The translations under genes and the position numbers were made by a program. Of a stretch of DNA of 64,000 nt, positions 13,801 to 26,225 are shown piece by piece. The notes under the pieces are model-generated. The model was not told the origin of the DNA. It was given only the letters and a program-made list of their open reading frames with translations, and did not search any database. Each line of letters opens with the position of its first letter. Position 1 is the first letter of the stretch. Source of the DNA: Podarcis tiliguerta (lineage: Eukaryota); assembly GCA_965153285.1 (NCBI GenBank), contig OZ229113.1; one strand, 5' to 3'.

Positions 13801-16800
13801 AGTAAGTCCTAGTTCCAAAGTAAGTCCTGCTGTGAGGCCTAGGACATAACCAGCATTAAATATTGTGGGGTGCCAACATTTAACCACACAATCTTCTTCT
13901 TGTCTCTTTATTTTCAAAAGAAAACAGAAAACAGAAAATCCGGAAGAGGCCTTGGTTCCCAGTCAACCTGTGATAGAAGTGATATTAGTAAAGATTTTGG
14001 GTGGGTGCAAGCTGTTGCTGCGTCTGCTTGAATGTTGTTGCACAGCTTTTCTGTATCCTTCTGAAACAGTTTGGAATCTAATTTGAAGGTTCTTGCAATT
14101 CTCATTTTTTGGTGCAGAATGTCACAGGATATACCACATATTTGATAGGGAAAACAGATTTGACGACATTTCATTTGCTTCTATTAAGAAGTCATTTTGT
14201 TATGTATTTTGTGGTGAAGCAGTCCTTTGTGATTCATCTTCAACATGTTGGTAGAGCACGAGACTCTAAATCTCAGGGTTGTGCGTTTGAGACCCACGTT
14301 GGGCAAAGGATTTCTGCATTGCAGAGGGTTGGACTAGATCAGGCATAGGCAAACTCAGCCCTCCAGATGTTTTGAGACTATAATTCCCATCATCCCTGAC
14401 CCCTGGTCCTGTTAGCTAGGGCTGATGGGAGTTGTAGTCCCAAAACATCTGGAGGGCCGAGTTTGCCTATGCCTGGACTAGATGGCCCTCATGCTCCCTT
14501 ACAATTCTACAATTCTATGATTGATTTTATTGATTTTTTTATTGAGTATATGCCTCCAAAGCAGCATATAATCCTCAGTTTAAAAAAATATCTTAAGGCT
14601 TACTACTCAGTGAGTTCCACTGTGTGTTCATGCATAAAGTGTTCAATAAGTTCAGACCTAAGTATATTTGATTGAAAGAAACATGCAGGAATATGTGTGT
14701 ATGGTTGAAAGTGTGTGTGTAATTTGGATTTCTAGCCTCTTTCGTTAGCTGTCCAACCTTAGTTGTTATCCAACCTTAATCAATTTGCTCACCAGTTTGT
14801 CCCTTAAGCACCTGTGTTTGCAAGAGTACATACTGTTAAATACTGTGGTTTTGGGGTCGCTGAGCCGATTATGGTATGTATACCTGTAAAACATTTTAAT
14901 TTTTTCCCTTCTGCTTGTTCACTTCAATGTCTTTAGCAGAGCATGGTCCCTGCTAACACCAGCAGTGCACATCCTTCCCATTACTTCCCTATTGCATATG
15001 GAAGGACCTAGAACAGATGTACAATTTCTGTAGCACTAACAACAGTTCAGGGATGCGGGTGGCACTGTGGGTTAAACCACAGAACCTAGGACTTGCCAAT
15101 CAGAAGGTCGGCAGGTCAAATTCCTGCGACGGGGTGAGTTCCCGTTGGTCCCTGCTCCTGCCAACCTAGCAGTTCGAAAGCACGTCAAAGTGCAAGTAGA
15201 TAAATAGGTACCGCTCCGGCAGGAAGGTATACGGCGTTTCTGTCCGCTGCTCTGGTTCGCTAGAAACGGCTTAGCCATGCTGGCCACATGACCTGGAAGT
15301 TGTACGCCAGCTCCCTCGGCCTATAGAGCGAGATGAGCGCCACAACCCCCGAGTCAGTCACGACTGGACCTATTGGTCAGGGGTCCTTTAACAACAGTTC
15401 AGCAATGATTGCGAAGATGTGTGTATGGGATATCCAGCCGCAAGACCCAATTGTATATCAAGGAGTTAGTGATTCTAACATGGTTACCCTTCCTGCCTCT
15501 GTTCCTTCCCCCTCCCTGGCAGCTGTTAAGTTTTTGAAAGTGTGAGAACCTTCTCTGGTGTCCTAATCAGTTGGGAGGAGGTGAAGCCCCCCCCCCCCCC
15601 CACAGCTGCCTTAATCAGTCAGGGAGGTTAGTGCTGGGAACATTCTTTAATGTTGGAAATTGTTAGTGATTTAGAAGCTCTTGCACAGACTGATCAGCCA
15701 CAGGGCCGTGCAATCTAAGGTTACCTGGGGGAGTCACTTAGCCACTTCTTGAAGGCTTCCAAGTGCCAGATAGAAGTGCATGCCTGGTATGTAGATATTG
15801 CTTGCTGTTTAGGAACCAAATCTTCCTCCTCCTCCTCACTCGCTTGTGTTTTGTATTGCTTCTGAATCTCCTTGCATTTGGCAAGACAGTGTGTTCCCGT
15901 TAACTGACCTGACCAGCTTTCTTCTAAACAAGTAAAATTTTCCAGGACAAAGATTATCCGATAATACTGTGGGGTTGAAATTGGAGAAGCAGCATTTTAC
16001 TTGTAAACCAGTGATGAAGCAAGCAGTGAAGTAGCTGTGACCACAATCATTTCCCTGGTTCCTCTGTCTGTCCACCTCTGCCTTTGGTTAGGTTAAGGTA
16101 GATGCCTCCTTACAGGGCTGGTGGCAAGTGCTACACATACACTGAAACAAAGCAGAGGCACCGCCCTTAGGTTTACACATTAAAAGAGAAACTAAGGAAG
16201 GAGGTAAAACAAATGGTAGACAAGGGAGTACAGCTTGATAAAGAACAAACAGGCAACGTAAGTGGTATTTAAATCGAAGCAGGGGCAGGTTAATGGTCTT
16301 TCCATGGTGGTGGAGGTGCAGCTAACTGGGGCCATTTAGTCCTTAGGCTGCTGTCCATTTCCTTGAAGGCAATTTACACAAATAAATTCCAGATGCGGAA
16401 AGCAGGTGCTGTGTAACAGAAGTGTTTTCATCTCTTCTTCTTTGTCATAGGATCATTTATAGAGGTGTGTTAAAAAGCCTCGCTTCTCTATATATGAGAC
16501 TGTTTGAATTGCTTCACGAAGTTTCAAAGACTCATCCGAGGCCTTACATTAAAGGATTTGCCTTTCCTTCCGAAATATATGAATTTCTGGGGACCACTTA
16601 TTCAGAGATTGAAAAGAAAATGCCCAACAAAACATTTGTATTGAAGAAGGCTGGACCTGGGTGGATGACTAGACTTTTCCCAGGAAGCAAGGCTGTATCT
16701 CAGTCTCACGCTTCGAGTACAGCTGCGCCTACAAAAGTCAGAAAGAAGGTTTCTTCTTTCATTGATATTGGGAAGCCAATTCTGGTAAAAAGAACTAACC

Positions 16801-19800
16801 AAGGTAAGAGACAATGGTCTCCTTATTTATTTATTTATATTTATTTCACAACATTTAATACACTGCTTGCTTTTAATAAAACTTCCATGCGGTTGACAAA
16901 AAAGAGAGAAAACAATATTGGTAGACAATTAAAAACAAATATTTATTTATTTTTCTTTTTTAATGTTTAAAATCAACAATATGCTAAAACAAGATTACAA
17001 CACATGGCAGCTTCTACATGTCTGGATAGGATTGCCTAAAGAAAATCATTTTTAGTCAGGTGCCAAAAGAAGTAAAGTGAAGCTGTCTGGTGACAATAGA
17101 CAGGAATTTCCTAAGTGTGTGTTGCTACACAAAACGTTTGATTTCTTAAAAGGGTGGAATAAGTATTATGTGGGCATCTTGGCCAGGTGCTGCTGGGCAA
17201 CAAGGTGGCAATGAGGAAGAGATGAAGGTTGGGAAGCCAAGTTGGTCTCATTGTGGATTGGCCATTCTCACGTCTGTATTATAGCACGATATGCAACTTA
17301 TTGTGCTCTAAAACTTGCAGCGAGTTGCGTAGGAGGTTTCTTCTTAATTTGTTGTTACAACTTATTGCCCACCCTTCATCTTAATTAAGATTGAAACACA
17401 ATATTACACAATATTAAAAACGGTTTAAAACAACTTAAAATTACAGAAATAAGGGGAGTCCTTAAAAATAAGCATCTCAAGTGTCAAAGGTAGCAGGGTA
17501 AAGAGGTGCATCTTCAGCATAATCCTAAAGCTGTATAATGAAAGCACCAGACACACCTCTGGGAAGAAAGTTCCACAAATTAAGGGCTGCCACAGCAAAT
17601 TCCCTTTCCTGGGCAGCCCTCTCCCCATAGCTTCTCAGGGTGGTGGAAAAACCAAGAGGGCACCTTCTGCTGATCTTAGCAGCCAAGCGGGTCTGTAAGG
17701 AAGGAGGTGATTTTTCAGGTATTCAGCTCCTAAGTCATTTAGTGCTTTAAACATGAGCACCTTGAATTGGGCTGGAAATGAACTGGCAACCAGTCTGTTG
17801 TGCTGCTTGTATGTAATGGGGAGAGATGAAATTGCCTCATGCCCCAAGATGCTCTGGAAATAGCTGACGACTTATTGCGGAAGAACACTGATATTCCCTA
17901 GGCTTAACCTCAGTAAAATGCTTAGAATATACATTAAGACCCACTGATTGAAGAATAATTTTGTTACAAATAACTCTGCTTAGGATCATAGCCAAGCTCT
18001 TTTTTCTGTTATGACATGGCAGCTGTGCCCTTTCTTCCAGATCTTGGGAAGGAGTTTGCGTTTGATGTCAAGAGCTTATGCAAGTTCCCTAACCCTGCAC
18101 CACGGGAGGTTTGTTTTTTTTCCATTCTGTGTTTGTCTTGAATATGTGCTCCTTTTTCCCTCTTCTGGGCAGAAAATATTACTCTGTGACTTTCTGCCAT
18201 GGCATTAATTTGCTTCAAGAGGTGCACTTTTCAATATAGGTCCTTGTCAAAATGTAGCTTTTACGTGGTGAACGTGCAGATCTGGATTGTACAGTGCTGT
18301 AAATATATACTGTACGGTGCAAAAGTGTATGCAAGGTAATTGTTTGTTTTGGAATTTGCCTTGAATATGTATAATTCCATTTGTCCACCTCTTTTGCAGA
18401 TGGGAGGAACTAACATAGTGATGCTATGCAAGCTTAATGAAAGCCAATTCCACTGAAAGCTTTAGAACTTCAGCGGCTAGAATCTGAATAATTTCTCTGG
18501 GAGGGTCATGGCTCAGTAGCTGACCATATCCTTGCAGTTGACCAGAAGTTCCAAGGTTTCTCACAGCCTCACTATTAATATTTTAGATTTGAAAGATCTC
18601 TGCCTGGAGCCTAGCTGAATTGTTGCTCATCAAAATAGAAAACACTGTACAGGGCCATACCTAATATGTTCAGTGAAGTTTAAAACAACAGCTTTGAACA
18701 GCAGATGCGCCAAGAAACAATTTTTGTTATGTATTGCAAGGAGCAACTGTTCAAGAAACACAATTATAAAGGCCATATGAACTTCAAAGTAGCAAAACAT
18801 TGGGGGGGGGGGTGTATCCTGGTTAGCATGTAGGGCCAAAGATAACCACTGACTTAAAATAATATTTAACATTCATTTGCTTCTATATTCTTTCTAGACA
18901 GGTTCCTTCTAGTCAAGGATACAGTATGTAATCTTAGAAATATGAGCCTCTTCATTGAAGATACATTTTTCTCCTTTACTAATGTCCTTCCATTTTATTT
19001 CAGAATACAAAAGTCACAGTGAAGTTTCCTGGGTCAAAAAAGAGAACTACATTGGTTTCTTCTAAATCACTGAGGTCCCAGCATCTTAAATCTTTTGTCT
19101 CCAAATTTCAAGAAGCATGCACCTTCAGAGAACTGTCTGACACACTCAGAACAACGGTTCTGTGGTGCAAAAGCAATAAACTTGGGCCAGAGGCTTTTTT
19201 CTTGGGAATGAAACTTTTGAAAAGTAGGCGGTTACAGCATGTGGAAACACAGGGTTGCAGGTTTGTATAAATGGCAGTGCTGGATTTCTTTGAGGTAGCA
19301 ATTGCAGAAGACTATTCTGTGCTTACTATCTTCCTTCCCTGATCTTTCAACTGTTCCTTTCCTTCCCAGCTCATGAGAAGGCTGCCATAAATGTGGGAAA
19401 TTATGTAAGGTGCAGATAACTGTAGGATAGATCACTGCCACAGCATCCTGCGATTTGGCACTGTTAGAAGCATAATGCAAAGTGTGCTATGTTGGTTTCC
19501 CCTAAACTACTTGCAGTCTATGCCTACCTAGAACTATTATTCTGTTCATAGATCTGTATATTAAATAAGCTAAGACTGATGGGTTTTTATAAGAATATAA
19601 CTTTACCTTGGGATTGTGGCAGTGAAGGAAGGTATATTCCTGGTCTCCACCACTAGCTGTGAGACCAAGGTGGGGGGAAACTTTGACTCACAGGAGGAAC
19701 ATCATGCTTACTTTCCTCTTTACTTCCCATTACTTTCTCCTTTTGTATTGGACTGTGCCTGCCCACAGGCGCACAAACCTACACTTTTTAAAGAATTATA

Positions 19801-20589
19801 CACTTGTAAGTGCCTTACCTGTCCAACCTATGGACAGTAAATTTATTACTTAATAACCTTCATAATGTGGTAGTTACTCTTTCTCAGTCTGATATTTAAA
19901 ATAAAACTAAAGGGGCAGGTAGAAACATATTTTGGGGGCCATGGTGCCAGTCCAGGCTGCAATTTATTTTAGATTTTGATAATGGACAAAGCTGTTCCAG
20001 ATGAGCAGACTAGCTTGTGCAAAAGATCCCTGGTTATGCAAAATAATCTACTGTAATGAAGAAAATCCCTCTTAATTGTCAGCTTACTTGGCATTAAACT
20101 TTAGAGTGATTACTTTTGAGTAGACACAGCAAGAATTTCACTTGTTAAAGTTGCTAAAATTTATCTTTGCATTCCAGCTTGCAACGGAAACTTGGCTGCA
20201 TTAAAGCTACTCTCTGTAAGTATCTCACGCTTTCAAGCTGCAGAGTGAGACCCAGCCAAAGACTTAAAGCACATTCCCATCCACAAAGACAGATGAAACG
20301 CTCAAGGAAATCAAGATGTGTTTCAAGCAGTGCACCATCTTGCATTGTTCCCATACAAAGAGACACTTCTATCCATTTGAAGAGCAGTAGATATCTTCCT
20401 CAGTGCTCTAGCTCCTTGTCTCCAGTTTGGGGTGCTGACAACGGTGGTACTACCTACAGTGTTGATAAGCAATCACATGGCCATCCTTCTGACCTTGTGG
20501 GGCTTGGAAGAAAGCCTTCCCATAAACAGAAAGAAGCCACAGAGAATGAAGATGATATTGATGACATTTTTAAAGTAATAGGCCTATAG
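10769..20589 (+). CDS. NEPRO: Nucleolus and neural progenitor protein (NEPRO/C3orf17), 9 coding exons, 543 aa
   Basis: join(10769..10868,12795..12949,13367..13443,13921..14052,14796..14873,16451..16803,18041..18108,19004..19260,20178..20589)=1632 nt. Phases are consistent and all introns are GT..AG. Motifs match vertebrate NEPRO: [60 protein letters not shown]-terminal [13 protein letters not shown]. Confidence 0.95.
12795..12949 (+). CDS. NEPRO: NEPRO exon 2
   Basis: ttccag|..[21 protein letters not shown]|gtaagg. Confidence 0.9.
13367..13443 (+). CDS. NEPRO: NEPRO exon 3
   Basis: tttcag|[18 protein letters not shown]..|gtaagt. Confidence 0.9.
13921..14052 (+). CDS. NEPRO: NEPRO exon 4
   Basis: [32 protein letters not shown]; followed by U12-type donor GTATCCTT. 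Confidence 0.9.
14246..14522 (+). mobile_element. Squam2-type SINE (tRNA head, CR1 tail) interrupted by a hAT MITE
   Basis: TTGGTAGAGC head; tail ATTCTACAATTCTATGATT; related copies at ~11600-11730(-) and 63060-63187(+). Confidence 0.7.
14340..14475. mobile_element. hAT MITE (136 bp)
   Basis: TIR CAGGCATAGGCAAACTC/GAGTTTGCCTATGCCTG; perfect 8-bp TSD GACTAGAT. Confidence 0.92.
14796..14873 (+). CDS. NEPRO: NEPRO exon 5
   Basis: [26 protein letters not shown]; preceded by CCTTAAT branch-like motif and CAG; not in the ORF track. Confidence 0.88.
15051..15388 (+). mobile_element. Sauria SINE (Squam1)
   Basis: tRNA-like head GGGATGCGGGTGGCACTGTGGGTTAAACC; body CCAACCTAGCAGTTCGAAAGCAC; TSD TAACAACAGTTCAG. 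Confidence 0.9.
16451..16803 (+). CDS. NEPRO: NEPRO exon 6
   Basis: [27 protein letters not shown]..; AG/GT boundaries in phase. Confidence 0.9.
18041..18108 (+). CDS. NEPRO: NEPRO exon 7
   Basis: ttccag|[17 protein letters not shown]|gtttgt (compare human EFDVRAFC). Confidence 0.82.
19004..19260 (+). CDS. NEPRO: NEPRO exon 8
   Basis: [38 protein letters not shown]. Confidence 0.9.
20178..20589 (+). CDS. NEPRO: NEPRO exon 9 (last coding)
   Basis: [14 protein letters not shown]...[12 protein letters not shown]. Confidence 0.9.
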
Positions 20590-21142
20590 CATTCTGTTCC
20601 ATTAAACTAATTTAAACTGTTCACTGAGTTTGTGGGTGTTACCTACTTAAACAGAATGCATCAAAAACACTGCTTCCTGATTTGAAGTTTTTTGCAAGCA
20701 TTATCATTACATATGGTTGACACTTTAATTGCTGTTAAGTGGCAGACTAACAGTAAAACTCAGCTTTTGTATATAAGCAGCAGCATGCCTTTAGATGCTT
20801 TGCTACATTTTGTACATGGACTGCACTCTCATTCCCCAGGGTGAATGTCTAGTGAAAATGCAACACCTTTAGGGGGGAAATTGTAGGGTCCTACAAACCC
20901 ATCCTCAATGGTAGGACTATGTCCACTTTGTAGCCAGAATGCTGGCTGATGGGTGGGAAGCAGAATACCAGCGCAAGAAGAAATGCACAGCACATGCAAC
21001 CTGAGCAACATTGCACTGCAACATTTGCTTGCATCAGCTATTTCTCAGTTTTAGCACTCCTTAGAATATGCTGAGGCAGAACATCAACTACATGCTATTT
21101 AAACTCAAAGCAGGTAGAAGCAGACCAATACTCAAGTAACTA

Positions 21143-21575
21143 CCGTATTTTTCGCCCTATAGGACGCACTTTTTCCCCTCCAAAAATGAAGGGGAAATGT
21201 GTGTGCGTCCTATGGGGCGAATGCAGGCTTTCGCTGAAGCCTGGAGAGCGAGTGCGCACCGACGCCTCTCGCTCTCCAGGCTTCAGCAAGCTCTCCGCAA
21301 GCCTTGGGAGCCCGGCGCGACTTCCCGCCGGGCTCCCAAGGCTTGCGGACAGCAGCCCGAATCCCAGGGAGCGCAGCGGAGCGCGCCCTGGGCTTCGGGC
21401 AGATATCCGCAAATGTCCCCAGATAATCTCTCAAGGCATGCGGATAGCAGCCTGTTCTGGGGTCGGGGGAAGCTCGGGCTTCCCAAGCCCTGCGCCTGGG
21501 GGAGAAATAATTTTTTTTCTTTATCCCCCCCCCCCCAAAAAAAGCTAGGTGCGCCGTATAGGGCAAAAAATATGG
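21143..21575. mobile_element. Tc1/mariner-superfamily (Tc2/pogo-like) MITE with CpG-rich interior
   Basis: TIR CCGTATTTTTCGCCCTATA/TATAGGGCAAAAAATATGG; TA TSD. Confidence 0.85.
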
Positions 21576-21844
21576 TAGAAATTGCTGTCAACTCAGTTTC
21601 TGCTCAGGTAGTTGTGTTTAGCTACTGCAGTGCATTGAGTTAATAATTTTTTTAAAGCAAAAGTGATGCTGGTGTTGGTGTGCCTGCTTATGACTACCCC
21701 ACATGTGTCCAAAGGGGTTAATTCATGTTAACGTAGTCAAAAGCTGAGGCAAGCTTCAAAAATTGTATTGACACATAACCCTTTCAGAAAAGTACAGGAA
21801 TCATCTTGGTTTCTCCCATTACAAGAGATGCATGGGTGAAAGTG

Positions 21845-21850
21845 TTTATT
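21845..21850 (-). terminator. Probable TAF13 polyadenylation signal AATAAA
   Basis: TTTATT on + strand ~760 nt past the TAF13 stop, at the end of an AT-rich UTR-like tract. Confidence 0.5.
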
Positions 21851-22605
21851 CATAATCATTAAAAATTCCAAATCACTAGTATTTACTGTGAAATAACATT
21901 AATAGGAAGCAATTCATAAATTAAATCAATTATACAATGTGTATCTATACAGTAAGTAAGCAAAACAACAACCCTCAAAAAACAAAAAAAATGTTCCAGT
22001 TACAAAGTCCCCCCTGTGAATTAACATTTACAAAACAAAGTGTTGGTTTGTCTTCTAGTAGCGGCAATATCCAAACATGTTAGCACCTGTTATGGGCCAT
22101 TCTCCCTCAGCTGAAAAAAAGAGTACAAATACAGTGTTTCCTCCACTTACTCAGAGAAACAAACAACACTGCCTAAAATATATGCCTCAACTGCCAAACT
22201 GCAAGTAGCTCTGATCTCTTGACATAATTGCCCATAGCTTTCACTCCTGTGTTTATGGAATGAGGCACTTCATTTTGGAGTAAGTTCCTGTGATGTGTAC
22301 AACTAGGAAGATGGATATTTTTTCACAATGTTCGTATTAACAAACCTAGAGCTTTGCACAGTGGTGTTTTCCAATTTTCACAGAACCTAAAAGCCACAGT
22401 AGAATTGCCACTTAAGGTATATTTAGGAAGAGAAGATACATCACCCACCCACCCTCAAATTGCAGAGATTTGTTCCCGTTAGTAAAGTACTACTGTAATT
22501 GTCTACACTGTCTTGGGGAATGCAAGCACTTCACTTTGTTTGGTGAATCCTTGAGGACAACACAAGTCAAAAAATGAAACATACCATTCTGCACCATATG
22601 AGGCC

Positions 22606-22776
22606 TTAAGATCCATAATTTGCTTCATCAAATGCCTTTCTGGCCCGTTTCAGTTCTTCATTCATTGTTAACAAGTCTTTCACACGAGCAAACTTCCGTG
22701 GGTCTTTACGGATCAGGAAGACAATATCTTCAACTTGTACTCGACCTTGCCGTCCAATTGACATTGCTTTGTGGGT
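22606..22776 (-). CDS. TAF13: TAF13 exon 4
   Basis: THKAMSIG...FDEANYGS*. Confidence 0.95.
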   Translation of the reverse strand, partial: THKAMSIGRQGRVQVEDIVFLIRKDPRKFARVKDLLTMNEELKRARKAFDEANYGS

Positions 22777-24571
22777 CTATTGGTAGGAAAGAATTGATCA
22801 GTCACATACATTCTAAGAGGTTCAGTACCTGTACCATGGATTTGACCATGTGTTCTCTTGAATGTTTGGATTTCTTCCCTTGCAGCAACCTGTATCATGA
22901 AATGAATTGTAGTAAACAGCACTAAAACACAGCCCTCATTATGCTTGTAGCATTCTTCATTTATTCATTTAAAGTGGGCTGATCAATAGTTGCCTGATAT
23001 ACATCTTCCCTTCAAGGCTCTGCTCTCTGGTTTTCAAGTAACAAACAGCAGCACTAAAAGCAAAGCTCATATCTCACATCATCTGCTTCACCCAATTTGT
23101 AATCTCATACAAACAAACAAGCAAGACCTACCATTTCTGTGATGAATTCTATAACCAAGTCTTCAAGAATATCCACTGACTCTGTGTAAGGATTCTGGTC
23201 ATCTCCAAATCCATACATCATACATCTTACTGTAGAATGAACAAACGCCCACAGTGAGATATGGAATGGAAGCACTCTAGAAAACTTAAGACCTATTCAC
23301 TATGTTTCTCAATAAGTGTGACTCGGCAGTCATATTCTTCCAAATTGTTCAAGCAAGCAGAAGCCTACATCTAAGCTTCTCAACTAATTTTTAAGATGCA
23401 AATGTTGGGCTCTTAAATCAAAACACTGTCACCCTGTTGATGGCAGTATGCATACCTTTAAGGACAATGCCCAATAATCAGGTGGTTTTTCAATGGAACC
23501 TTGATGCTAAGAACTGGAGAAAGTATGTGTAACTCCAATAAAAATCTGGATGTCCAATTATTGATCCCAAATGAACATTCCCAGTCAACAGATCTCTATT
23601 TTGTTCTGGGCTAATGTGTGCTTCCTAACAGCCACAGAATGCAGCAACAAGATCAACAAATACAGATATATGTAAAAAGTGGCATTCTAAATAAAAATCC
23701 GAGGGGAGAGTTCATGTACATATTAAACTCTAGAAAACAATAAGATCAAGTGCTGGAGCATGTATGCATAAAATAATAATTTCAGATTAAATACTTTTTA
23801 TTCTACCTCACATAATTTCACACAATACATTTTAATGGAAATAGTTCACATATTCATCTATGAATCAAGTGACATCAAATGGCATGCAAAAATGTGTGAA
23901 CCAGCCCTTAGTCTCAAGCTGGGCATGACATGAGAGGGTTTTTACTTCTATTTATCCTCCAGTCTTTTCTGGAATTTAACTGTGATATCAACATTCAAAA
24001 AGCGGTTTATGGAGGTGGGAAAGGGGTCCTTTAGAAAGTAGAAGAAGAAGAGTTTGGATTTGATATCCCGCTTTGTCACTACCCTAGGGAGTCTCAAAGC
24101 GGCTAACATTCTCCTTTCCCTTCCTCCCCCACAACAAACACTCTATGAGGTGAGTGGGGCTGAGAGACTTCAAGTGACTAGCTGAAGGTCACCCAGCAGC
24201 TGCATGTGGAGGAGCGGAGACTGGAATGCGAATTACGAGTCTATCGCTCTTAACCACTACACCACACTGGCTCTCAGTAGGAAAATGTGAAACCTTATAA
24301 CAGCGTGAAACACAGGAAGCTGCCTTACACCAAGTAAGATCTTTTAACTCAGTATTGTCTACACCAGGGGTGGGGAACCTGTGGCCCTTCAGTTGTTGGG
24401 AGTCTAAAACCCATCAGCCCCAGCCAGCATGATCAGTGGAGCTCCAACTTACATTCCTTGGAGAACAGCCTTTTCCTTTTCCCCTGTGCACCATCTGGGC
24501 CTCCTCCAGCCTCCTCAGTATCTTCTTCAAACTAAAGGGGGGGGGGAATCCCAAACAAGAATGCAAGAGGA

Positions 24572-24608
<37 letters not shown>

Positions 24609-24965
24609 TTATTTATACCCCGCCCATCTGGGCGGCTTCCAACAGAATGTTAAACTACAATAGGCTATTAAACATTAAAAGCGTCCTTAAATTATAAATT
24701 ATAAACTAGGCTAGATTCCCATATTTGATTTAAGAACTGAATGACAGAACAGCGAACCTCTGAACACGTGTTAAATTAGCAACATCCTACAATCCAAGAG
24801 AAAGTGGCAAGGAAGGGGAAAGTAAAGGCTAAGCGGGTTGCAGATTGCAGCCGCAGCCCCCTGCCCTCCCCGCCCCCTCTTTCCCCGAAGCCAGCAAGCG
24901 CCTTCTCCAAGACTCCCACCCCGCCCTTTCCTACTCACAGGAGGGTCCTCTTCTTCGTCCGCCAT
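22606..24965 (-). CDS. TAF13: Transcription initiation factor TFIID subunit 13, 4 exons, 124 aa
   Basis: complement(join(24939..24965,24453..24531,23132..23229,22606..22776))=375 nt: MADEEEDPP|FEEDTEEAGGGPDGAQGKRKRLFSKE|LRCMMYGFGDDQNPYTESVDILEDLVIEFITEM|THKAMSIGRQGRVQVEDIVFLIRKDPRKFARVKDLLTMNEELKRARKAFDEANYGS*. Near-identical to vertebrate TAF13; not visible in the ORF track. Confidence 0.97.
23132..23229 (-). CDS. TAF13: TAF13 exon 3
   Basis: LRCMMYGFGDDQNPYTESVDILEDLVIEFITEM. Confidence 0.95.
24040..24275 (-). mobile_element. Squam3-type SINE in TAF13 intron 2
   Basis: Reverse-complement homolog of 37119..37358. Confidence 0.8.
24453..24531 (-). CDS. TAF13: TAF13 exon 2
   Basis: FEEDTEE...GKRKRLFSKE; AG/gtaagt. 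Confidence 0.93.
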
Positions 24966-25250
24966 GACTGCAGCAGCCACCTTCCCTTCCAGGCTTCCGC
25001 CGGGATAGCAACTCGCGTTGTTATTGGTCGCGTCAACGGGCACTCTAGAGCATGCTCTCTCGGAGCTAATGAAGCCGTAGACCTTGCCCTTTTCCAGTCC
25101 CTTCTTTCCGTAGCTCTGAGGAACGCGAAATGGGAGTGGGTGGGTGGGGGGGTTACAAAGCTAGCAGCACGCGTGCGCAGTAGGAGCGACTGAAGTCCCT
25201 CGCCCTCTTTGGAAATGGATATGCCGTAATAACCCCATTCAAAGCGCATG
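24820..25250 (-). promoter_or_regulatory. TAF13 CpG-rich promoter
   Basis: CpG-rich; CCAAT box (ATTGG ~25023), CRE-like CGTCA, NRF1-like GCACGCGTGCGC ~25167. Confidence 0.6.
24939..24965 (-). CDS. TAF13: TAF13 exon 1 (coding part)
   Basis: MADEEEDPP then gtgagt donor. Confidence 0.92.
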
Positions 25251-25571
25251 AGGAGTTTGTTTCCTGGGGCAAGATGGGCAGGGTGTTGGATAAAGCTGAA
25301 ACATATTAAACAACCAATTCCCGCCCTTTGTGAGTAGCAACGGACGGTGCAAACAAGGAGCCTCGTGGCACCTTAAAGATGAACAGGTTTGCAGCAGCAC
25401 AAGTTTAGAGTCCACTTCATGAGTACATTCAGTATTCAAACCCCATATGCTACAATAAATCAGCTAGTCCTTAATGTGCCACAAGACTGTTATTTGTGGT
25501 GACTTTGTAACTTCTGTTTGCTCTCGAGTATACAGATTTGAGCAGGAAGGAATAAAAAAAGGCAGTGATGG

Positions 25572-26194
25572 TGATATAAGTAGAAAACAACAACTGCTCC
25601 TTTTCCCTTATGGGCTACCCAAGAGCTCATATAGTAGTCCTTTTGTAGGTTCTCTATCAGTAGGAGAAAAGAACAGAGACCAACCAGAGAATATTGAGAA
25701 GCAAAGCAGCTAGTAAGCCTGATCTTTATTAACTGTTGCAACAGGGTACTCCCACACACACAGGAGAGAGGAGGACCCAGAGCCATGCGTGCAAGCCCTT
25801 ATATAGACACTTTAAATTGCCCGCCCTGGAGTCCAAGATCACCCCCAGAAACATCATACATACATCACAGAAAAGGCGGTCTACAACAGAAATCTGAGTG
25901 CGTTGTTTATCTCCTGTCTGGCAAGTTACCTGACTGCATTATCTCGGTTTTGGCTACTCTTTTGTTACTATAACTACTTCATTCCTGAATATAGGTCACA
26001 GGTCACAGGCTCACACCCTGTTCATATCTTGAATGTGCCCTTAAGACAAGATTTGTGAGGACAGGATTTGTGAGGAAAGAGACAATGGGGAGGTTTCCCA
26101 CTTTGACCTTGCAGAGAAATATTTGAGGTCAATTTGTTTGGGACCTAATCTGTGGGGTTTCAGACGTGGTTTATATATACAGTTATGAACATAC

Positions 26195-26225
<31 letters not shown>

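Larger units (their letters stand above)
14053..14795 (+). other. U12-type (minor spliceosome) GT-AG intron of NEPRO
   Basis: 5' site GTATCCTTC (U12 consensus RTATCCTT); branch-like ACCTTAAT ~15 nt before the CAG acceptor; no strong polypyrimidine tract. Confidence 0.85.

Noticed and set aside
21140-21643. Five overlapping 90-148 aa ORFs on both strands
   Set aside because: Stop-poor GC-rich palindromic MITE interior; not protein-coding.
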